IMG/VR virus record: IMGVR_UViG_3300023109_001684
Source: a virus
Length of the DNA: 64,000 bases
Direction: 5' to 3' (one strand)
The notes beneath the pieces are model-generated. The model worked only from the letters and a program-made list of their open reading frames with translations. It did not search any database and was not told the origin of the DNA. Within the stretch, counting starts at the first letter, position 1. The number at the start of each line of letters is the position of its first letter. Shown in pieces: positions 58,401 to 64,000 of the stretch. The position numbers and the translations under genes were made by a program.

Positions 58401-61186
58401 TCTATTGCATAACCGTACTCTGGTACACCTAACTCATGTGGCTTAGGTAAAATAGCATTTTCTTTAATACCTGTTCCAATTGCAACTCTGTCAGCAATAT
58501 TTCTTGCTAGGCGCTTTGTTTCAGTAGCTACAGGAGTAGTTTCTGCGTAAGGCCACGTAACATCTTGTGTTGTTGTATTGCCTGTAGTTGGAGTAACTGC
58601 TGAACCTATTACAACATCTCCTACAATTGCTTCAATTCTTTTAATTGCTTGGTAACTGTAGCTGATGTCTTTTTTGTCTGTTAATGTACTATTAATAGTT
58701 GTTCTTGGCTGTACATTAGTAGAACGAAGTTCGTCTCCTATAATACAGCATTCTGCTGGAACAACAATTGGAAGTACTTCGTAGTACTTTCCGGTTGACA
58801 CTTTAATTAATGTATTTCTAATTAATCTTTCAGGTATATTAGTAGCAACACCTGCTGTTATTGCATCTGTAATAATCTTTGCTAGACCTTGAATGTCTGC
58901 ATAAACACTTTCTGTTCTTAGTAATTCATTAGTAAACTGTACTGATACTCTAGTACTATTATCGCCATTTGTTGTTTGATAGTTAACTGCTGGCGCTGTT
59001 TGATCTAATATATTTTCAATTAAAGTAATGCCGTAATTTATAGAAGCATTAGTTTCAGCTTTTTGTGTTAAGTATGGTGATCCTACTGTATCATTTACAT
59101 AAGATAATGCTGCTTCTCTAGAACGTACATTACCGCCGTGTGTAATATCCCAAATTAGAGCATCAACGATTAGACCCATATCTCTTTCACATTTTTCTGT
59201 CTTGTAATCAAATGCTGTAGTAAATGGTGCAAGGTTATTTGTTATTTGGTACTGTGTCCATTCAACAATTTCTCTTTGTATAAATCTTCTGTTAAGTTCT
59301 AATAACTGTGCTGCATCTGGATTTCTAGCACCTTGCTCAACTTGCTGTGCTGCATACTTAATTGTTTTATAAGGTTTATCAATTGTTGTACCATAAATTG
59401 GAGCAGGTAAATCTAAACCGTGTTCTGCAACATAATAAACATCAGCAGTAGAACCAATAAATGCCCATTCCGGAATACCAGTTGAACTTACTGTTAATAC
59501 TTGTCCGTCTCTACCTACTGGTAGTCTAGTTGGTGCTGAACCACTATAATAAACTAGGTCGCCTTTGGTTGTAAGTACACTAGACTCTGAACCAATTGCT
59601 AATGCACTCCAAAACTGTCCGCTATCTGCTAAGTCTGGGCGTGATCCTTCAGCACCTGAGCTTAGTGAACTATAATCGTCGCCTTCTGAAATATGTCCTA
59701 ATATACATACATATGAATTGTCGCCATAACGTACAACATCACCTTCGTAATACTGTGCATCATCTCTCCACTCACCTCTCCACTCAAAACCGTAGTTTAA
59801 TCTTGTCCAATAAACTTCGTTAGGTGGTATTTGGTTTTGGTGATCTGCAATACAACGATATGTATAGCCGCCGTGTCTTACAACGTTACCTACTTGATAT
59901 TCGTATTGTGACGAATCTGCTCCCCAGTCGCCGATGAATTTAAATCCTTCAGTAAATAGGTCCCAGCTTGCTGGAACAACAGTTGGTCGATCATTTTCGT
60001 TATCTGTTTTACTAATATACTGGTTACCACCGTAGCGTACAATGTCGCCTGGTTGGTAAACACCATTATATGCCCATTCATTTTCAAATTGGAAGCCTTC
60101 TACAAACTTTTCCCAGTTTGCACTATCGTCTGTAAATGCAGCAGCACTTGTATGATAGCTAGTTGCAATCCATAAGCTCGCACCGTACTTTACAACATCA
60201 TTAACAAGATATTTTCTACTTGTAAGCCATTCATTTTGATAGCGGATACTTTGATTAAATGCGTCCCACTTTATTAAGTCATTTTCTAAACCTAAGCCTG
60301 TGCCAATTCCTGTAGACTGGTGCGGATCGATACAAACAAAACTTGCACTACCGTACTTAACAAAATCACTTAAACGGTAATGGAAATCTTCGTGCCATTC
60401 GCCCTTCCAATCTAATCCATCAGCAAATACATTCCAATTGGCTAAATCTGTTTCTAAACCTAAGCTAATAATTTCTGCACTTGCATTGCTGCTCATGCCA
60501 GCATGTTGATAGCAGAAATAATGAAGTGTGTCTGGAGCGTCATCTGGAACAGTAATACGCATTTCTCTAGTAGTAGCAGCAGCAAATCCTGCATCGTATG
60601 CTGCGGCATCAACTACTTCGACAGCATCTAGGAAATATGTTACACCGTCAGTATATATTGCTCCGCTGTTGTGTGTTCCGTCTTTAGTAGTACTAATAAC
60701 CATTGGATGTCTAGCAACGCCGGCACCAGCGAATAAGTTAGTAGCACTATTTTGCTGCCATATATATGTGTTGCCTCTTACCATTTGAATGTCTGGAGCC
60801 GCAACGCCGTCTATATAAAATACGCCGTTACTTACATTAGGGTCGTCTGCTACTGTGATTACATATGTTTCGGAGTCGGACTGTGTGGTAGAAGTATGAA
60901 TGGCATCACAAATATATAACCTTGCACCGTACTTTACAATATCATTGTACACATATGATGTGCCGTTGGACCAGTCACCCTTCCAAGTTTGACCATCACT
61001 AACTAAATTCCACTTTGTCGGAACTACATCTAAATCTGTAAAAAAGTTAGCATCACTGCTATGTCCTTCTACACATATATACGCTTTCCCACCAAAAGCA
61101 ATTACGTCATCCTTGTAGTAAACAGTGCCTGTGGTCCAGTCACCTTTCCATACAAAGCGTATTCTACCTAACTTAAATTCTGCCAT
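52463..61186 (-). CDS. giant multidomain virion protein (2907 aa)
   Basis: N-terminal W.G.W...Y...D.V.YG..Y repeats, cupredoxin insert, six helical C-x-R/Q-D repeats, beta-helix-like region, S.DG..W (BNR-like) propeller, conserved GHDFLDIGTG / TDQDGNFR tail. Late promoter and SD upstream. Confidence 0.85.
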   Translation of the reverse strand: MAEFKLGRIRFVWKGDWTTGTVYYKDDVIAFGGKAYICVEGHSSDANFFTDLDVVPTKWNLVSDGQTWKGDWSNGTSYVYNDIVKYGARLYICDAIHTSTTQSDSETYVITVADDPNVSNGVFYIDGVAAPDIQMVRGNTYIWQQNSATNLFAGAGVARHPMVISTTKDGTHNSGAIYTDGVTYFLDAVEVVDAAAYDAGFAAATTREMRITVPDDAPDTLHYFCYQHAGMSSNASAEIISLGLETDLANWNVFADGLDWKGEWHEDFHYRLSDFVKYGSASFVCIDPHQSTGIGTGLGLENDLIKWDAFNQSIRYQNEWLTSRKYLVNDVVKYGASLWIATSYHTSAAAFTDDSANWEKFVEGFQFENEWAYNGVYQPGDIVRYGGNQYISKTDNENDRPTVVPASWDLFTEGFKFIGDWGADSSQYEYQVGNVVRHGGYTYRCIADHQNQIPPNEVYWTRLNYGFEWRGEWRDDAQYYEGDVVRYGDNSYVCILGHISEGDDYSSLSSGAEGSRPDLADSGQFWSALAIGSESSVLTTKGDLVYYSGSAPTRLPVGRDGQVLTVSSTGIPEWAFIGSTADVYYVAEHGLDLPAPIYGTTIDKPYKTIKYAAQQVEQGARNPDAAQLLELNRRFIQREIVEWTQYQITNNLAPFTTAFDYKTEKCERDMGLIVDALIWDITHGGNVRSREAALSYVNDTVGSPYLTQKAETNASINYGITLIENILDQTAPAVNYQTTNGDNSTRVSVQFTNELLRTESVYADIQGLAKIITDAITAGVATNIPERLIRNTLIKVSTGKYYEVLPIVVPAECCIIGDELRSTNVQPRTTINSTLTDKKDISYSYQAIKRIEAIVGDVVIGSAVTPTTGNTTTQDVTWPYAETTPVATETKRLARNIADRVAIGTGIKENAILPKPHELGVPEYGYAIELNASNKEFIQEEIIAYIADQYPNLEYGKTKCKQDVGFIIDAVAYDLVYGGNWQTYNATKSYYDGSGNVNKITGLITNGDFATTTDWTITNGAFAITGNELVAAGGTAGTALQTVYTTPGQEYTVNVSVTHTADGASVFARNPNSDTALATAIDLTSTSSVSYTFTATALQTEIIFETDAAGIVDIDDVSIDTPQKLATIASYGYLRDLLQTVGRDITVTPTYQTGVTQISGKPGNATVSNAIAALFNNTVIPAVTNGISAASITYPSVAGASVGLQSDSTNLVAALPVIQEKTIDFINANFGSFKYNSAKCRRDLTNIITDTAYDIALGTNYNATFNGIAYQRPNNAYNLQNQRVETVGAIRNARDQYRVLLGSGNDLTRLNTAYNEIVDIIQNGSLGTAMPGDGTVNALVLPSPTGVDQNKVDAKDNLQANIAFMKDDVIAYIAQNYGSLVYDSTKCARDVEYIVNAASYDILYGGNQATSRICESYFVNGTIQVDGQTTETAAAYNHLASIMSDIVQETSVTAQTGNTTLQTTLGTPASATEGSAVQALVETVSDVIDGTTTLSAVLGAVSYPSVTWADAEFTTAKTTIDNSRSDVILNVIQFITNTYNDFKYDHAKCSRDLGLIIDAARYDWMLGTNYASVNAGLSYLRRTSNKVTGPQKTATIAANQFALGLAVAEISEATAITGINETWDLVQDTIWAGSNEGGNRQTDDIEVYNAVRQLEVNKEFIVDEAIAYVNDYFRSTVTDTTVTIGGASGGVDLYTLTVADTGWLKVGMEIAFENPNNILTNTNFFLNNKFYVADVFSATEFAVSNTVGGVYVQVDGTNNQFIVKTAYTYNRAICARDIKEYINAMKWDLVWGQEWKRTYTNDVVVYRPAAYKTRLAARYYVNAMIGSQEEDFYYLRNGTGLRLQTMQGLNGDLGASNIYGTRRPTAGAYASLDPGWGPDDKRVWITARSPYVQNCTTFGFGATGQRIDGALHNGGNDSIVSNDFTQVISDGIGAHILNNGRAELVSVFTYYSHMGYLAESGGRVRATNGNNSYGKFGSVAEGVDPEETATSAVVDNLTQYNATVGLVNTDANQILNIEFTHAGNDYTEAELEIFGGGSNEVVITDEFRDLGVFEGRIIPSETEGVTTGGAGYTTVSNVAQSGSLTGIFISATDGNLSSAYPGTRIQLVGGAGNGQYAIIQTYDAGTKEVTVTEWNHVVPGTPIVAPNATTTYQIEPAVAFSAPTNTATQATITSNTYTDATYVTTSAQYTNVVTLTESDGLGATFDVTRNGEKYYVTLNQGGAGYGRLNHCEIPGTSLGGATPLNDLVITITTVDVNGAVVDFDFSGYGQKGVFVAIPDANIGGAYSVDGVTWVSNSLPDAGASNSWDNITSGLIDDGSSTFKQSVAIAISEGGPAAYSLDGVAWTSVTLPGTFATAGASMVAFGQVAESLGRFIAISGNDTDVVYSDNGGVTWSTTGTVLTGTNYSALANGAGKFVALRSGTTDTMYSADGLVWSAGTGLPSAPWIDISWGNGRFIAIATDGTAAYSLDGVSWTQQDLPTGTYSKIAYGQGMFAVTSNSNELTYSEYGLTWATEGGAGFNFSAGGAIAFGNPDKTPKFVAIGSGITADVMNVRLGVQARGRASTSNEQVFAIRLEEPGSNYTSTPTITVTDPNNTEDVNIQVRVGTGLLANPTFANRGTGFITATSDVNENASNGSADFFQSGAFVAVKRLSSRPVAGSNIEFTSLPGRVFKLVNTVSFRGTNEGSFTGFLQVSPTLEIDEAPAEGTELELRIRFSQVRLTGHDFLDIGTGNFADSNYPNEVNGPPVNLPDQNKETTDSAGGRVFFTATDQDGNFRVGDLFSIEQATGVATLDAEAFNIAGLQELSLGTVTLGGNSASITEFSTDPFFTANSDSVVPTQRAVKAYIEAQIGGGGASLNVNSVTAGDIFINTNQITTVSGELININANVNFTKSVTGIPLALNYMLR
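55700..59320 (-). repeat. six phycobiliprotein-like helical repeats within the giant protein
   Basis: KCERD, KCKQD, KCRRD, KCARD, KCSRD and ICARD at Cys codons 59191, 58309, 57469, 57028, 56542 and 55867. Confidence 0.75.
59640..61170 (-). repeat. about seven CBM5/12-like aromatic repeats
   Basis: WKGDW...YYKDDVI.FGG.AYIC, WKGDW...Y.YNDIVKYG..LYIC, WRGEW...YYEGDVVRYG..SYVC and similar. Confidence 0.7.
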
Positions 61187-61219
61187 TTGTTCTTAACTCC
61201 AGTTATATATATTTATCCA

Positions 61220-64000
61220 TTACTGCGTGGTGTCGTTAAATGTTTTTAACACTAGCATTTGACTTAAAAATGTTCCTTGGACCCTAGGTAAATTACCAAA
61301 TGCATCTACACCTGAGAAGTCTACCGGAACATTTATTTGTAATGTTTCATCGTTATTCATATTAAATTCGTTTGCTTCGCCGCCAATAATAACTTGACCA
61401 GCAACTAATCTATTTGTTTCAAGATCCTCGCCACCTACAGATAATCTGTCTGCGAGGAATGTTGCAATTGCACGTTGTGTTGGAACAACGTTATTACTAT
61501 CTTCTGACATAGTCGGGTCAGTAGAAAAATCTCTAACTGCTGCGCCCGAACCACCTAGTCTAACTCCGCCTAGTGATAGTTCTGAAAGCCCGTCTAAGTC
61601 AAAAAACTCAGCACTAATAGTAACAATACCTGTACTCTGTTGCACACTAAATAATTCACCAGTTCTAAAGTTACCGTCTTGGTCTGTACTTGTATAAAAT
61701 ACTCTACCGCCGTTTGTTTCATATACTTCATTTTCAGGTGCTGCAACAAAATAATTTCCGTCTGCATATAGTTCTGGATAATTTGATTGAATGAAGTTTC
61801 CTGTACCAATATCTAGGAAATCGTGCCCAGTAATTCGTGCTTGACTGTATAGTGATCTTAATTCAACACCTGTAGCGTGAGCAAGATTGTCTTCATTATC
61901 TATAGATGGTGAAATTTGCATTTGAACTAATCTAGTTGCATTACCAGTTCCGTCATCTCCTAAGTCTGTTATCTTAACACCGTTAAATAATTTTAAATCA
62001 CTAGGATCTTCAGTAAGAGGATCAAGAATAGTATTAATTCTTATTTGAACACCTGGACCTGGAACTGTATCAACACCAGCAAGTGTTATTGTATTAGCTT
62101 CTGGTATAATATCAGCATAACCGTCACCAGTTAAAGTAACTACTGTAGAATTTGATCTGTATCCCGAACCTCTACTCTTAAAGCTAGGTTGAGCTATTGT
62201 TCCATTACCTATTCTTTTTTCTAGTTCGACCTCTGTTACAAACTGTGTGTCTGTTACAGTAATTGTCATATTATCAGGATTAGGTGAATATCCACTACCC
62301 GGATCCCATATCTTTACACGTTGGAATATTCCAGTAAAAGTATCTGATCTAAGTTTTGCTCGCTTACCTGTTTTAATATTTGCAACTCCGCCTAATGTTA
62401 CACCGTCAGCTAGTAACACCCATTTTGGATCACCGTCAAGTGACGCAAATGATAACGTTTTCCACGCCTGAGACGATGCTAAATTATTTTGTCTCCATAC
62501 CAGCCCATCTTCAGTAGTAGCATTTAAACTTGTTGGAGTTCCGCCATCAGTACTGATTACCATAAACACACCTTGAGCATATTTACAATCTACATATGAT
62601 AAACTAGATCCGCCATTTTGCGGAACATTTTCACCTTGAATAAAAGTTTCGCCTTTATCAACACTATACATAACTGATCCGTCTGATCTAATTATTATAA
62701 ATCTATTATCTCCGTAAACTAAACTTACAATAGTCGGTGCACCGCCTAGTGGTAAAGCAGTACGTGATGTCCAAGTGTTCCCGTTATTATCTGAAGTTAT
62801 AACAGCACCTGATTCAGCGATACAAACATATCTTCCTTGACCATATGCAACTTTAGTGTAAGTGTCTGCTGCTACTGTAGAACTTGAACTCCATGTTAAA
62901 CCGTCAGTACTGTATGCAAATTCTGTTGCTCCGTTTGCAACTACTACAAATCCTGTCGGACTTGCTGCTGCATCTGACCAGTCTTCTGTTGCTGGTAATG
63001 CTCTTGTAGTCCAGTTTTCGCCTGTATAAGAAAAGTTATATTGATTAGTTCCTGATGCTATTGCTATAAATCTATTTTTGTTAGCAAGTACTTTAATCCA
63101 AGTTGCTGTTATATCAAGATTAGATTCTTGCCAAGTAGTACCAGTATCACTGTATACAACAAAGTTTGGATCTGCTAATGCTACAAATCTTCCGCCTCTA
63201 CCTGTACCTGATGATTTAATAGTAGCAATACTATTTGTACTATCATCTGATGTAGTTAATACATCAATTATAAGATCATTGTCAGGAGTTGCACCTCCTA
63301 GTAAATCACCTCTGATAGTTAATCTATCATTCTCAGCATATCCAGCACCGGCATTGTTTATAGATACAACGTAGTCACTGCCTCTTCTTGAAACATTAAA
63401 TATTGCTTCAATTTGCGGTAATCCAAATGTTTCGCCAGTTCCTAAGCCGCCTGTTAACCCTCCGTAAGTATTTGTTATTCCACCAAAGTCAACGTCAATA
63501 AATGTTCTTTCTGCTGGTAAATTTTGTACAGTAGAAGTAAACCCTGGATGACTAACTGCCATTCTCGGTTCTATTCTATATCTAGCAGTTGAATCAAATG
63601 CTGCTACTAGAGGTGTACCAGGAATTAAATGATCCCACCCTGGCTGATCGTCAGATTCTCTTGATACAGTAACTTGTCTAGTTACTGCACTGTATCCAGA
63701 TATATAACCGTATTGTCCGTATCCAGTGCCTTGAATAACTAGTATTCTCATGCCTGCAACATCTTCATAAAATTGTGTTGCATCACTTGTACTTAATTTT
63801 AAGTATTGGCTTGCATCTAAAGTTTCTTGGGCGTTACCTTGTCTTACTAGATAATTTGTACCGCCTTCGCTTCCTGATCCTTTAGTGTTTATAAGTCTAA
63901 CATTATATAATGAGCCATCTCTAAAGTCATCAAATTCTACATTAACGCCAGCGCCGGCACCTGTAATTGTAGCCGATGCTGATTTATAGTTCTCGCCACA
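61220..64000 (-). CDS. second giant virion protein, paralog of 52463-61186; 5' end outside the window
   Basis: Frame stays open from 63751 to 64000 (CGENYKSASATITG...). Shares the BNR-like propeller and GHDFLDIGTGNF / STDQDGNFR / VPTQRA tail. Confidence 0.85.
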   Translation of the reverse strand, partial: CGENYKSASATITGAGAGVNVEFDDFRDGSLYNVRLINTKGSGSEGGTNYLVRQGNAQETLDASQYLKLSTSDATQFYEDVAGMRILVIQGTGYGQYGYISGYSAVTRQVTVSRESDDQPGWDHLIPGTPLVAAFDSTARYRIEPRMAVSHPGFTSTVQNLPAERTFIDVDFGGITNTYGGLTGGLGTGETFGLPQIEAIFNVSRRGSDYVVSINNAGAGYAENDRLTIRGDLLGGATPDNDLIIDVLTTSDDSTNSIATIKSSGTGRGGRFVALADPNFVVYSDTGTTWQESNLDITATWIKVLANKNRFIAIASGTNQYNFSYTGENWTTRALPATEDWSDAAASPTGFVVVANGATEFAYSTDGLTWSSSSTVAADTYTKVAYGQGRYVCIAESGAVITSDNNGNTWTSRTALPLGGAPTIVSLVYGDNRFIIIRSDGSVMYSVDKGETFIQGENVPQNGGSSLSYVDCKYAQGVFMVISTDGGTPTSLNATTEDGLVWRQNNLASSQAWKTLSFASLDGDPKWVLLADGVTLGGVANIKTGKRAKLRSDTFTGIFQRVKIWDPGSGYSPNPDNMTITVTDTQFVTEVELEKRIGNGTIAQPSFKSRGSGYRSNSTVVTLTGDGYADIIPEANTITLAGVDTVPGPGVQIRINTILDPLTEDPSDLKLFNGVKITDLGDDGTGNATRLVQMQISPSIDNEDNLAHATGVELRSLYSQARITGHDFLDIGTGNFIQSNYPELYADGNYFVAAPENEVYETNGGRVFYTSTDQDGNFRTGELFSVQQSTGIVTISAEFFDLDGLSELSLGGVRLGGSGAAVRDFSTDPTMSEDSNNVVPTQRAIATFLADRLSVGGEDLETNRLVAGQVIIGGEANEFNMNNDETLQINVPVDFSGVDAFGNLPRVQGTFLSQMLVLKTFNDTTQ

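Noticed and set aside
55700-59320. Treating the phycobiliprotein-like repeats as proof of a cyanobacterial host
   Set aside because: No photosynthesis genes are in the window and the repeats are embedded in a structural protein; the host cannot be assigned from this sequence.
396-63374. Many 60-170 aa ORFs antisense to or nested in long genes (e.g. 17228-17416, 30571-31083, 45368-45859, 53991-54386)
   Set aside because: Shadow frames of well-supported genes, with no RBS, promoter or recognisable motifs.
1-64000. tRNA, rRNA, CRISPR arrays, introns, inteins in terminase/UvsX/UvsW, stop-codon reassignment
   Set aside because: Intergenic gaps are short and explained by promoters or hairpins. 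Core genes are full-length and uninterrupted in the standard code.

Overview
64 kb of a large, AT-rich T4-like (gp13/14/15/17/18/19, gp32, UvsWXY) myovirus genome, probably infecting an aquatic Gram-negative host. Coding is dense, mostly on the minus strand, and uses the standard code. Left to right: (1) 1-15.4 kb, a glycan module with kdsB, kdsA, five KpsS/KpsC-like putative Kdo transferases, two GT-A enzymes, two sulfotransferases, methyltransferases and a cytidylyltransferase, interrupted by yhhQ and uvsW. (2) 15.4-18.2 kb, uvsY, uvsX and gp32. (3) 18.3-37.9 kb, packaging, head, neck and tail genes plus an S8 protease-esterase fusion. (4) 38-52.4 kb, fibre/adhesin genes flanking a tailoring-enzyme cassette (flavin halogenase, two 2OG-Fe(II) oxygenases, a U32-methyltransferase fusion). 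(5) 52.4-64 kb, two giant paralogous virion proteins. The most striking signal is in the 2907-aa protein: six helical repeats that resemble phycobiliprotein globin domains and keep the bilin-attachment-like C-x-R-D cysteine, next to a type-1-copper cupredoxin domain. This suggests a possible phage-encoded virion biliprotein. Six late genes also show an exact TAAATA-N5-ATG leaderless architecture. All calls come from motif recognition by eye; no database searches were run.
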